This document shows, one piece after another, positions 34,220 to 43,810 of a DNA stretch of 64,000 nucleotides. Below the pieces are notes generated by a model. The model did no database searches. It was not told the DNA's origin and saw nothing but the letters and a program-made list of their open reading frames with translations. A program made the position numbers and the translations under genes. This DNA is from a virus (Duplodnaviria; Caudoviricetes), in the IMG/VR virus record IMGVR_UViG_3300033407_000005, positions 1-64,000 of that record. One strand, written 5' to 3'. Within the stretch, counting starts at the first letter, position 1. The number at the start of each line of letters is the position of its first letter.

Positions 34220-34693
34220 CTAGGGCAGGATGGGGCTGGCGCTCGCGTGCGCCGGCGGGCTTCTACCCTTCCAGAGATGCGAGTAGATTCGCGCCGCCCC
34301 ATCGAGCGAATGCCAGGCGAATTCCACGTCGCAAAACGAGTCCCAACTCGGTTTACCCGCGAGCTTGTCCCACGCGAGGAAACGGCCGGTTTCCGGCAAT
34401 CGGGATCTGAAGTGGTCGGCCCCCCACAACAATACGTTGCCGAATCGGAAGAGCGGGGTCGGATCAAAGAGACCAGCGTCGCCCGCAATACCAATGCCGG
34501 CGTGTCGATCGGAACCTGCCCAATTTTTTGGCGCGCCATTCGGCATGCTGCCTTTGCTGCCGCACGACCCTCGCGAAAAAGCGATGCCATAGGGCGGATC
34601 ACTGATCACTGCATCGGCCGTCAGCCCTCGCGCAATCTCCCGGCAGTCGCCGAGATACAGCGTCGCATCGCCGATGCGCTCGATCCGGGGCAT
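34220..34693 (-). pseudogene. truncated N6/N4 DNA methyltransferase
   Basis: LYLGDCRE, SDPPYG; lacks the C-terminal HPTQKP and SAM-binding motifs. Confidence 0.7.
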
Positions 34694-34703
34694 CGGGCGC
34701 GGC

Positions 34704-35459
34704 TCAGACCCCGTGCCGGGCGCGATAGGCGCGCATCGCCCGGCGGGTCAGCGGGCCCGGGTCGCCGTCGATCGCGCCGCGGTAGTCGCCGGCCGCGGCA
34801 AGCGCGCGCTGCGCCGCCTTCTGCAGCTCCACCGGATCGGCGGGCGATTGATGAAGCGGCGCGGGAGCGGCGTCGGGGCCGGCGAACTCGCCGCTCGCCA
34901 GGTATTGCTCGAACAGCCGGTTCTTTTCCGCGTCGACAGTGCCAAAGCTGTTGCCGACAGCTTTCTTGATCTTATCCCAGCCGCCGCCGCGGTAGCGCCA
35001 GCGCATGTAGGCGACCGTGATCACGGCCGAATTTTCCGGGACGTTCACGAGGTCGGGGTTCACCACCAGGTCGAGACCGGACAGCTCGGCGAGCTTTGCG
35101 TAATTGGCGCGCCCGGTGAGCTGCACCCCGCCGCGGCCGCGGAACTTGTAGCCGTCGCCGGGCTCGGTGTTGCCGAGCTGCCGGCCCGTGCCGTGCGACC
35201 CGTACACGTAGTTGAAGAACCACTCCGGGTAGGGCTTCAGGTCATCGATAAAGGCGTCGCCTTTTCCCCCCAGAGCGGTCTTGAAGATCGAGCGGATCCT
35301 GTCGTTGGCGGTGCGGGTATAGGCCATTTCGGTTTGCGGTATCCAGCCGCTCTCGCCGCCGACGATCGCCGCGATCCCCGCGCGCAGCTCGTTGTCCGCG
35401 ATCCCCTGCGCATCCATCGCCGCGCGCAGCAGATCGGCGTTCAGTGCCTGGTCGCTCAT
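34704..35459 (-). CDS. endolysin, GH19-type with C-terminal peptidoglycan-binding domain
   Basis: GDGYKFRGRGGVQLTGRANY; GAIDGDPGPLTRRA. Confidence 0.92.
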   Translation of the reverse strand: MSDQALNADLLRAAMDAQGIADNELRAGIAAIVGGESGWIPQTEMAYTRTANDRIRSIFKTALGGKGDAFIDDLKPYPEWFFNYVYGSHGTGRQLGNTEPGDGYKFRGRGGVQLTGRANYAKLAELSGLDLVVNPDLVNVPENSAVITVAYMRWRYRGGGWDKIKKAVGNSFGTVDAEKNRLFEQYLASGEFAGPDAAPAPLHQSPADPVELQKAAQRALAAAGDYRGAIDGDPGPLTRRAMRAYRARHGV

Positions 35460-35641
35460 CGGCGCAATACCTTGATCGCGTGCGGCCCGAGGCTCAGCGT
35501 CACCGGCTCCCCGCTGCGGTCCTTGTAGACCACGGTGCCGGTGTCCTCGTCGGCGCTGACCAGTTCGCCCTTGTTGGCGTTCGCCAGGCTGTCGAGCCGC
35601 ACCGCGTTGAAGGCCTTGGCGCCGTCGCCGTCGATCGTCAT
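35456..35641 (-). CDS. hypothetical protein
   Basis: coupled ORF. Confidence 0.55.
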   Translation of the reverse strand: MTIDGDGAKAFNAVRLDSLANANKGELVSADEDTGTVVYKDRSGEPVTLSLGPHAIKVLRR

Positions 35642-36153
35642 GGTTTCCGCTCCTCCGTTTCCGTCTCAGCGAGCCGGAACTGCGTCATCCGGTCGGCGAT
35701 GATCGCCTCCAGCTCCGCGATCCGCATTTCGGTCCGCTCGATCTCCGACTGTTCGGCCGGCGTGATCTCGCGCCCGGCCGCCTCGGTCAGCGCCACGACC
35801 CGGCGCAGCATGATCAGCGCCAGCCTGGCCTGGTCCAGCTCGCCCTGCCGCGCCGCGGTCATGTCGCTGTTGACCAGCGTGTGGATCTGCCGCAGCTGGG
35901 CGTGCGTCTCCGCGACATCGGTCCGGGTCGCCGCCGCGACCGATCGCGCCACGGTCGCCGCCACCTCGGCCACCTCGTCGGTCTTCGCGAGAGTGCGGCG
36001 CGCGGTCTCGTCGGCCTTCACCGCCACCTGGTCCTGCCGGGCGATGTCCTCCGCCCTCTCGCGGCGCCGGGAGCGCTCGTTGAAGAGGTTGATGGCGATC
36101 GGCGTCCCGAGGGACAGCACCCACACGACGGCAATCGCACCCCAGACGCCCAT
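35638..36153 (-). CDS. membrane coiled-coil protein
   Basis: N-terminal transmembrane helix; HTLVNS motif. Confidence 0.65.
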   Translation of the reverse strand: MGVWGAIAVVWVLSLGTPIAINLFNERSRRRERAEDIARQDQVAVKADETARRTLAKTDEVAEVAATVARSVAAATRTDVAETHAQLRQIHTLVNSDMTAARQGELDQARLALIMLRRVVALTEAAGREITPAEQSEIERTEMRIAELEAIIADRMTQFRLAETETEERKP

Positions 36154-36456
36154 CTACCGGTACTCCAGCCGGCTCTTCATCCAATCGATCTGCCCGGGGA
36201 TGTCGGGGCGGGAAGCCGCCGGCTCCCGCCTGTCGGTGTCCTCGAGGCCGGCCCGCGACGGCGCCGCCGGCAGGGGTGACCCCCGCTGAGCTTGTCCTCG
36301 CCCCCGCTTTCGCGAGGACAAGCTCAGCGGGGGCGAGGGCAGGCTTGGGGCGGGGCTGAAATAATCCGCCGGCACCGCGCACAGCGACGGCGGGCCGTCG
36401 GGGCACGCCGCGCACCCGCCCAGGAGCGCCAGCACAAGGGTCAGCGCGCGCCTCAT
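36154..36456 (-). CDS. Pro-rich lipoprotein (o-spanin-like) with in-frame palindrome
   Basis: LLGGC lipobox; 21-bp IR 36281-36301 / 36312-36332. Confidence 0.5.
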   Translation of the reverse strand: MRRALTLVLALLGGCAACPDGPPSLCAVPADYFSPAPSLPSPPLSLSSRKRGRGQAQRGSPLPAAPSRAGLEDTDRREPAASRPDIPGQIDWMKSRLEYR

Positions 36457-36767
36457 TTCTTCGCCCCAGGTTGCAGCGACCTGATCGCGTTCGACACCGC
36501 CAGGTTCGTTTTTAGATCGCTGAGCGCGGTCCGCATCTCACTGGTGAACAGCTTCTCGTCGGTCTTTGCCTGCTCGAAGCGGGCCGCCAGGGTGTCGACC
36601 TTCGCCGCCAACAGCATCTGTTCGGTCGCCAGGCCGTTGAGAACCTGCTTGTCGTCGTACCGCATGACGGCAAGGCCGACAGCCGCCGACCCCAGGAGCG
36701 CGACAGCCGTGGCGATCGTCGGCAGGTTGAGGGTCGTGTCGACCTTGAGCATCGGCCGCAAGCTCAT
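36453..36767 (-). CDS. membrane protein
   Basis: LNLPTIATAVALL transmembrane helix plus coiled coil. Confidence 0.6.
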   Translation of the reverse strand: MSLRPMLKVDTTLNLPTIATAVALLGSAAVGLAVMRYDDKQVLNGLATEQMLLAAKVDTLAARFEQAKTDEKLFTSEMRTALSDLKTNLAVSNAIRSLQPGAKK

Positions 36768-37762
36768 GCGACCGTCAGGACGCCGGCATTGCTCCACACC
36801 GTACCCGCGACCAGCCCCGCGGCGCTCGTCGGCAGGAGCGTGGTGTTGAACGTGATCGTGCCGTCGCGGTTCATCGTCAGGATGTTGCCGACGAGGCTCC
36901 CGGCGGCGTCGTGAGCCCAGAAATCGAGCCCGCCACCGGTGTTGCCGCCCCCTTCGGCTATAAGGTTCTTGCCGATCTTCCACCGCAGGATGCCGCCGGA
37001 ATAGATCTTGAGCCAGGCGCCCTGGCCGGCGTCGGAATCGAGGTTGATCGCGGCCTCGGTCGCGGCGTCGGCGGTGACGCTCACCGTATTGCCGAACGAT
37101 CCCTCGCCGACGAAGTTTGCCTCCCCGTCGCCGGTAAGGGTGCCATCGACGCCAAGATTCCCGGCGACGCCGCCGTTCCCGGAGATGCTGAGCGTGACGG
37201 CGGTCACTATACCGTCGAAGGTGGCCGTGCCGACGACCCCAAAGGTGCCGCCTACGCTCGCGTTAACGTCGATGACGGCGCTGCCGCCGACCGTCAGGTC
37301 CTCGGTGACGGCGAGGTCCGTGGTGATCAGCAGGTCGCCGATGATCTTGGCGCCGGTCGCGGTGCCGATGACGCCGGTGTGCAGCGTGAAGTCTGTCCCG
37401 TCGCACACCGCCGCCGTAACGCCGCCCGTGACGATCGGAACAGTATCGCCAGCGGCCAGCCCCGCGATCAGGTCAGCATTGGTCAGATTGACGATGACCG
37501 CAAGGCCCAAGAACCCCGCCGCGAAAGTGATCTTGTCCCCCGCTGTCGCGGTCCCAGTAATCACGAATGCGATGTTCTGGCTTTCCGGGCCGCTCAGCGT
37601 GACCGGGCCGGTGATCGCCTTCGGCAACAGGCCGGCCGCTTCAATCCCAAGCTGAAAATTGACAATTGACTCAATAGCGAGGACAATCGTGCCTTCCCAA
37701 TCCGCGCGCCACATTGCATCGGTGATTACGTTGCCGTGGACATCGAGCGTCGATATTGTCAT
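36764..37762 (-). CDS. tail fiber/spike protein
   Basis: beta-repeat region; C-terminal LPTSAAGLVAGTVWSNAGVL. Confidence 0.75.
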   Translation of the reverse strand: MTISTLDVHGNVITDAMWRADWEGTIVLAIESIVNFQLGIEAAGLLPKAITGPVTLSGPESQNIAFVITGTATAGDKITFAAGFLGLAVIVNLTNADLIAGLAAGDTVPIVTGGVTAAVCDGTDFTLHTGVIGTATGAKIIGDLLITTDLAVTEDLTVGGSAVIDVNASVGGTFGVVGTATFDGIVTAVTLSISGNGGVAGNLGVDGTLTGDGEANFVGEGSFGNTVSVTADAATEAAINLDSDAGQGAWLKIYSGGILRWKIGKNLIAEGGGNTGGGLDFWAHDAAGSLVGNILTMNRDGTITFNTTLLPTSAAGLVAGTVWSNAGVLTVA

Positions 37763-37790
37763 GCGGGATCACTCTCCGGAGAGACAAAAG

Positions 37791-38042
37791 ATGGCGGAAG
37801 GCAAGGCGACAGATACAATCTTCGTCCCGTCCGGCGCGCTGGGCGGCTTCACCGCGACCGGGATGGTGGCGCTCGACACCACACCCCCGCGGATCACCTT
37901 TGAGCCGCTTGAGCGGTTGCGCTCCCTCGCGGAACGCGCCCAACGCGGGGCAAACGCCGGTGGTGATGCGACGCGAGCCAAAGAATTGGCCGCGATTGCC
38001 GATTGCATCGACGCGCTGTTCCAAGCGGTGCTCAGGCGATGA
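37791..38042 (+). CDS. hypothetical protein (counter-oriented insert)
   Basis: GGAGA RBS. Confidence 0.5.
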   Translation: MAEGKATDTIFVPSGALGGFTATGMVALDTTPPRITFEPLERLRSLAERAQRGANAGGDATRAKELAAIADCIDALFQAVLRR

Positions 38043-38124
38043 GCGAGGGCCTATTCAGCATGAACCGAAGGGGATTGCTTCTTGGCCTGTTGGCCGCTCC
38101 CGCGATCGTGCGGATGAGCGCGAA

Positions 38125-38403
38125 ATGATCGTTAAATTCGCCGCCGCTGACACTTTCCCGTTCCCCATCGGATATCCGGTGCGCCCAGCCTGCGAGGATC
38201 GCGAACACGAGGTTTATTTCGATGCTCGGTTTCTGCGGGTCCCGATAAGCGAGGTGAGAGTCGGCGGCATTCCGTGGGGTCGGGTTGCCGGCAATCCCCA
38301 GGGTGGTGAATGGTCTTTACTGACCAGCGGGCGAATTAAATTCGGCGACGATACGTTCGGCGGTGAGGTCATCGTCTATCTTGAGCGGTATGCTGCGGCC
38401 TAG
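38125..38403 (+). CDS. stand-alone paralog of an internal domain of tail protein 42083..43810
   Basis: ISEVRVGGIPW..GEWS vs ITEVRVGGVPW..GEWS. Confidence 0.6.
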   Translation: MIVKFAAADTFPFPIGYPVRPACEDREHEVYFDARFLRVPISEVRVGGIPWGRVAGNPQGGEWSLLTSGRIKFGDDTFGGEVIVYLERYAAA

Positions 38404-38457
38404 ATCGAACTGGTCGATCTGGAACGGGCTGGGCGTAGCGGGCGAAGAACGGGTTTG

Positions 38458-39327
38458 CTATAGCTGGTCAATCTGCGACGAGAACGACCGCAGCGCAAAG
38501 AATGGGTTTGAGATCGGGCTGTCCCTTGAGATCGTGCCGTAAATAGCTTCTTTCTCAAGATTGTACGTGTCGTCGGGGAACATAACGACTACCAAGGGCT
38601 TTGAACGCCCCTTGATAAGTACAAGGCCGAGCACCTTGCTGCGTACCTCCGCCTCGGGCAAAACCGTGAAACCAAGATTGAGCCGGCGGCGGGTCATCCG
38701 CTCGGTGAAATAGGTCGAGCCTCCCGGAACCCGCGAGACATCGCTTTCGTCGATGGCCGTCCATTCCCAGCCGGGCGCAAGCCGGTCCTCCGCCGGTTCC
38801 CACACCTCGCAGGCGCCGAAGCAGCCGATCTGCAGCGGGGTCGAGCTGGTCGGATCAATGAATTCGACCTTGATGTACCGGCAGGAGATCGGGGCCGCCG
38901 GGACCAGGATGCGCGGATAGCCGAGCTTTTCGTACTCGTCGGGCATGTAGACGTGGGTGAGGGCGAGCTCGCCCCAGGGGTTCGCCTCGAACGGTGTGCT
39001 GCCGTCGGGCGGCCAGCAGGTCGTCCAGTCGGTATCGTAGGTGTTGGTGACGAAGGCCGGGTCGTTGCCGGCGCGCAGCCGCATGATCCCGAGCGACGTT
39101 GCCCGCAGCTGGGCGAAAAAGAACAGGCCGACGATGCGGGCGTACCCCAGGTCGACGGTGAACTGGGTCGAGCCCCAATCGAGGTTGGTCACCGCCTCGG
39201 CGACGAGCTGCGGGCGATGGTCGATGAGGTTGACCAGCGGCAGGCCGGGTTGCCAGACACCGCCCGCGAGGCTCGCCGCCGGGTCCTGCAGCCAGTCGCG
39301 GCGAGAGATCAGGATGCGGCGCGCCAT
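38458..39327 (-). CDS. tail protein
   Basis: 289 aa within tail module. Confidence 0.75.
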   Translation of the reverse strand: MARRILISRRDWLQDPAASLAGGVWQPGLPLVNLIDHRPQLVAEAVTNLDWGSTQFTVDLGYARIVGLFFFAQLRATSLGIMRLRAGNDPAFVTNTYDTDWTTCWPPDGSTPFEANPWGELALTHVYMPDEYEKLGYPRILVPAAPISCRYIKVEFIDPTSSTPLQIGCFGACEVWEPAEDRLAPGWEWTAIDESDVSRVPGGSTYFTERMTRRRLNLGFTVLPEAEVRSKVLGLVLIKGRSKPLVVVMFPDDTYNLEKEAIYGTISRDSPISNPFFALRSFSSQIDQL

Positions 39328-39518
39328 CAGCACTCCTCTTTCTGAGGAGGCCAGCACCCCGTCCAGCCGCTATCGTAAACATCGCCGACGCGCGAGGCGT
39401 CGACTCCTGGCCGAACGGTGAGCATTCCGGTGATCGGCACAGCCCATGTCCCGCCGCGCAATGGCAACGATGCGTCACCTTGCCAGTCGCGGCGGCTTAT
39501 GAGAATCCGGCGCGCCAT
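39327..39518 (-). pseudogene. internally deleted paralog of 38458..39327
   Basis: MARRILISRRDW..YDSGWTGCWPP. Confidence 0.6.
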
Positions 39519-39540
39519 CAGTACGATCCATGCTATCCGG

Positions 39541-39834
39541 TTAAGACCCATGAACACGACTGCTTGTGTTTTGTAGTTTTTCTTCCAGATTTTCAACGCG
39601 CCTAAGCGCATACATTGTTGGACGCGAAACTGTTTCGATAGGTCCTGACATAAAAGCCCCTTCACAGGTTATCCCTGCGTCGTGAAGACGCTTACAGATG
39701 CAAGAGGGGCAGAGTAAACCGCCCTCGTCGCCACTCGGAGAGATACCTCTCCATACCGAAAGGGGAATAATCAAGTCAGGGAAACCATGATCATTTCCAT
39801 ATGGGCGTTTGCAGTCGTGGCACGCGGCATTCAT
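39541..39834 (-). CDS. Cys-rich hypothetical protein (low-GC insert)
   Basis: CHDC..LCPSCI. Confidence 0.6.
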   Translation of the reverse strand: MNAACHDCKRPYGNDHGFPDLIIPLSVWRGISPSGDEGGLLCPSCICKRLHDAGITCEGAFMSGPIETVSRPTMYALRRVENLEEKLQNTSSRVHGS

Positions 39835-39873
39835 CGATCAACTCCTAGTGCCTGTGTGTGACAACCGGATCCT

Positions 39874-41622
39874 TTAATACAGGCTCGCGACCGGCCCGAG
39901 AGCGGTTGTGAAGGTGGTCGGGGCGAGGGCGGCATTGGCGACAAACCCGGTCGCATAGTCCTGCGCGGTCAGCTTCCCGGCGCCGCAATTGCCCTCCGTA
40001 TGCGTCGAACCACGAACCGTCGCATTGTCGTATAAGGTCAGAACGTAATAGGTCGCCGGCCCGGCCGCGGCATAAGCGCCGCCGGTGAAGGCGATGCGCT
40101 GATAAACGCCGGCGGCGCCCGCAACGGCGGTGGAGGCCGAAGTCTTGAGGATGTTGCCTGCCACATCGCCGAGCCCGACCTTGACGTTGCCCGAGGCAAC
40201 CGACCCGCCGCGGATCGCGATACCGGTCAATGTCGCGTTGGCGGGAACGAATATCTCGGCGGCATAGACTTCCGTGGCGACCGGCGTCTGGTCGGTGAAG
40301 GCCGCGGCCGCGCCATTCGATCCAACGCCGCAGGATGCCCAATTGCGCGGCGATACCGAAAATCCGCCGGCAGCCGCGACGCCGCCGGTTCCGGTAATTT
40401 TCCCCTCGACCGTCAGGTTGTTGACCCCCGGATCGGCCATCGTCGTGCCGAGGTACAACCCGCCGCTCGCGTTCAGCCGCATGCGGCCCGCGAGCGAACC
40501 GGCCGTGTTCATCGTCCAGAAGTCGAGCCGCGTCGGTACTATGTCCGCCGAAACAGTGCCAACCACCGTACCAAGTATTTGCGCTCCCACCTTGTAGATC
40601 GTTCCGTCCGAACCAGCCATCTGGATAGACATCACCTGGTCGGCGGCCGCCACCGCCGTATGGCTGCCGACCGTTGCGTTTCTTGATTTGGTGAACTGCA
40701 GGCCGGGGCCGGCCGTATTTGCCGAGTGCCTGCCGAACTGCACGCCGGGGTTTGAATAGAACTGATATTGCCTGGCAAAACCATCGGAGCCAACAAATGA
40801 TGCCGTAGCCCCACCGACGAAAGTGCCGCTCTGCGTCTGCGTGCCCGAGAACACCGGGCTCGCGATCGTCGGCGCGGTGTTCATCACGAATGTCGATCCG
40901 GTCCCGGTCTGCGAGGCAATCGCCGTCGCGTTCCCGGTCGAGGTGATCGGCCCCGTCAGGTCGGCGTTGGTCGTGACGTTGCCAGCGGTCAGCCCCGAGG
41001 CCGTCCCGGTCAGGAACGTCCCGACCCCTGATGACGGCGTGCCGAGCGCACCACCCGACACGAGAACCGCGCTCGTCAGGATACCGCCGTCCTTGATGAG
41101 CTTGCCGGTCGTGCCGTCGAACGCGGCGATGCGGTCGTCTACGGCGGACGCCGGCCCGACGACATCACCAGACCCGGCCGCACACGCCCCCGCCGAGGTC
41201 GCGAGAACCCCTCCGGCAGTCAGCCCGACACAGCGATCCTGCGTGCCGCTTGCCGCTCCCGACAAGACGATCGCCGTACCGCTGAAATCCGGGTCGCCGC
41301 TGAACGTACCGGACAGCGCGTCGCCATTGTTCTTGAGAAAGGCACCCGCTGATCCAACGTTTATTCCCAATGCGGTTGCGACTCCGGTGCCAAGGCCGGA
41401 AAGCTCGGAAACTCCGAGCGTCCCGACCGTAATAGCAGCGCCCGCGCTCTCCTGCTTGAGCACCTGCCCCGCACCGCCCGTCGCGCTCAGATCGGCTTCA
41501 AGTCCACCCAAATTCAAAGCGAGCGGTGCGGGAAACGAGTTGACGACCTGCGTCTGCGACAGCCCAGGAACCGGCCAAAGCGAGGCCAGCAAGCCAAGAG
41601 CAGCGATGATCCTCGATTTCAT
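39874..41622 (-). CDS. tail fiber-like protein
   Basis: Gly/Thr/Ala-rich beta repeats, signal-like N-terminus. Confidence 0.7.
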   Translation of the reverse strand: MKSRIIAALGLLASLWPVPGLSQTQVVNSFPAPLALNLGGLEADLSATGGAGQVLKQESAGAAITVGTLGVSELSGLGTGVATALGINVGSAGAFLKNNGDALSGTFSGDPDFSGTAIVLSGAASGTQDRCVGLTAGGVLATSAGACAAGSGDVVGPASAVDDRIAAFDGTTGKLIKDGGILTSAVLVSGGALGTPSSGVGTFLTGTASGLTAGNVTTNADLTGPITSTGNATAIASQTGTGSTFVMNTAPTIASPVFSGTQTQSGTFVGGATASFVGSDGFARQYQFYSNPGVQFGRHSANTAGPGLQFTKSRNATVGSHTAVAAADQVMSIQMAGSDGTIYKVGAQILGTVVGTVSADIVPTRLDFWTMNTAGSLAGRMRLNASGGLYLGTTMADPGVNNLTVEGKITGTGGVAAAGGFSVSPRNWASCGVGSNGAAAAFTDQTPVATEVYAAEIFVPANATLTGIAIRGGSVASGNVKVGLGDVAGNILKTSASTAVAGAAGVYQRIAFTGGAYAAAGPATYYVLTLYDNATVRGSTHTEGNCGAGKLTAQDYATGFVANAALAPTTFTTALGPVASLY

Positions 41623-42083
41623 CAAAGCACACCCCAGTTGCCGGTTGCACTCTCGACAGCCCATTGGTCGACGACAGAAGTCGGCACCAAACAAAGCGCG
41701 CAAAAGGGTTGATTATTCTGAATATACCCGGCCGCGGCGCTGTTGGTCACGTCATTCGCGATCTTCGCCGGTGACGGGGCTTTTATCCGCAGCATCTGCG
41801 CCGCCGTGACCATGAAATAAAACTTCAGATTAGGGTCCGCTACCCATGGCGGAAGCGTCAAAATCACGATGCCGCCGGCCCCGGTGTTGTCGAATACGTT
41901 GCCCGCGTCCGTGGTAAGAAGCGTGTAGTTCAGGGTCTTGGTGGTGAGACGCCTCGCGGCCTGCAATCCGCCGCCCGGTATCTTCCTGGTCGCGCCGCCG
42001 TTGATGAAGACGAAATACCCGGTGTCCGGGTAGGGCGGGCTTTGCGTCGGCCGCGTCGGGACATATGCCTTCAAGGCCGACAT
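41622..42083 (-). CDS. structural protein
   Basis: KTLNYTLLTTDAG..LTLP motif. Confidence 0.65.
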   Translation of the reverse strand: MSALKAYVPTRPTQSPPYPDTGYFVFINGGATRKIPGGGLQAARRLTTKTLNYTLLTTDAGNVFDNTGAGGIVILTLPPWVADPNLKFYFMVTAAQMLRIKAPSPAKIANDVTNSAAAGYIQNNQPFCALCLVPTSVVDQWAVESATGNWGVL

Positions 42084-43810
42084 CAGGCGTCCTCCGTCAG
42101 CGGCGTAACAACGTCGTCCTCGAACAGGACGGCGAACCCGTCATCCTCGGTCAGGGCGCCGGGGTGCGCGATGGCATAGAGCGCCGCCGTTGGCAGCTGC
42201 TCCGACCACAGCTGCACCGCGTTGGCCCCGCCGCCCACTGAGCGCAGCACCGAATGCACCCGCGCGACGGCGTTGATCATCCGGTATTGGACCCCGATCG
42301 TGTCGTAGAGCGCCGGCATCTCGTCGGACGCCAGCAGATTGTCGCGGTCCACAACCTCGTAGAGCTTCCGGGCGACGGTCCAGGCCGGGATCAGCCGGGC
42401 GCCGATCGAGAGGGCGTCGGCTTCGTTGTTGACCAGCGAGGGGATCAGCGGCACGTCGACCGCGAGCGGTTCCGCCGTCTTGATCGATGCATCCTCAAAG
42501 ACCACCACGGCGATGCCGGTCGATCGCCACTTCTGCTGATCCGCCTCGCTCACCGCCGTATCGGGCGGGAAATTGGTCTGCGGGTGCTCGTTGCCCGAAT
42601 GCTCGATCCGGATCCGCCAGGCCGGCGGCACGAGCTGCGTCTGGTTCGCCGCGCCGATCGACAGCGCCGTCAATGTGCGACTCGCGGTCGTGGTGTCCGC
42701 CTGCACACCGGCGGTAACCGCGCCATCCACCATGCGTTCCGTCCACCAGCCGCCGAGCCCGCCCATGATCCGATCGAACCCGTCGAAACGGTTTACCGGG
42801 TCGGTTCCGGTGTAGAAGCCGATCAGGTACGGTGCCGCCGCGTCGAGCGCCGCCATCGCCGCCGTGTCGACCGTGCCGCCCGCCTCGGTGACGAGTGCCG
42901 TCATCAGGGCCGCGGTGGTCAGCGTCGCCCAATCGGCGCCGCGAGCGTCGCACCGGACCTCCATGCCCAAGCTGTCCTGGCCGAGTTGGAATTTTCCCGC
43001 CGCGAGGTCGGCCGACCACTCGCCATCCCCGGGCGGGCTCGCCGCCTCCTGCCAGGGAACACCGCCGACCCTGACCTCGGTAATCTCGGCGAGCGGCAGC
43101 CGCGACACCTGGTAGATCTGCGCAACGCCGTCGATCAGCGTCGGCGCGATGCACTTGCGCTCGCCCCGCAGCTCCGGTTTCGGCCGGCCGCGCAGCGCTT
43201 CCGGCGCGTCGTCGCCGTAGAGATCGGAAACAATCGGGCCGTCGAGCGCGGCGATGCCGGCCAGCGTCTTGATCTTGCCCGTCAGCGTGTCGTGGGTCAG
43301 CTCATCGACCCGGCCGGTGAAGACCAGCTCGAAATCGTCGTGATCGTCGCCCGGCGCCGCCAGGTAGACCCTGAGCGCCCGCCCCTTCCAATGGTACTCG
43401 AGTTTCGGCCAGATCGTCTCGTCGAGCGCAAAGTCGATCTGCCCGGCATTGACTTCGCCGCGGAGCGGTTCGCCGTACTGCTCGCCGGAAATCCGCGTGC
43501 CGAATTGCAGCGGCACATAGAGCCGCGGGTCGTACTGCACCCGGACGCCATCGACCGTCGCGGCCAGCGGGACGAGGCCGGAGGCCAGCCGCAGCGTCTC
43601 GACCACCGTGCCGTCGTGCAGGTCGATTTCGACGGCGACCAGGGTTTTTGGAATAACCGCGATTGGCGGGACTATCGGGACAGGGATGATCGCGGCAGGG
43701 AAAATACCCTGCGCCGGCAGGCCTTCAAACCAGAACTTCTGATCCACGCCTTCGTTATTTGAGAAAACCGGCGAGCCATTAAACCAGAACTTTTGATCGC
43801 CGTCAGGCAC
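42083..43810 (-). CDS. tail tip/hub protein
   Basis: YWKGRALRVY..VFTGRV..GRPKP..G; position after tape measure. Confidence 0.75.
   Translation of the reverse strand: MPDGDQKFWFNGSPVFSNNEGVDQKFWFEGLPAQGIFPAAIIPVPIVPPIAVIPKTLVAVEIDLHDGTVVETLRLASGLVPLAATVDGVRVQYDPRLYVPLQFGTRISGEQYGEPLRGEVNAGQIDFALDETIWPKLEYHWKGRALRVYLAAPGDDHDDFELVFTGRVDELTHDTLTGKIKTLAGIAALDGPIVSDLYGDDAPEALRGRPKPELRGERKCIAPTLIDGVAQIYQVSRLPLAEITEVRVGGVPWQEAASPPGDGEWSADLAAGKFQLGQDSLGMEVRCDARGADWATLTTAALMTALVTEAGGTVDTAAMAALDAAAPYLIGFYTGTDPVNRFDGFDRIMGGLGGWWTERMVDGAVTAGVQADTTTASRTLTALSIGAANQTQLVPPAWRIRIEHSGNEHPQTNFPPDTAVSEADQQKWRSTGIAVVVFEDASIKTAEPLAVDVPLIPSLVNNEADALSIGARLIPAWTVARKLYEVVDRDNLLASDEMPALYDTIGVQYRMINAVARVHSVLRSVGGGANAVQLWSEQLPTAALYAIAHPGALTEDDGFAVLFEDDVVTPLTEDA

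Noticed and set aside
42254-43762. 502-aa plus-strand ORF
   Set aside because: Antisense shadow of the tail protein, as expected at high GC.
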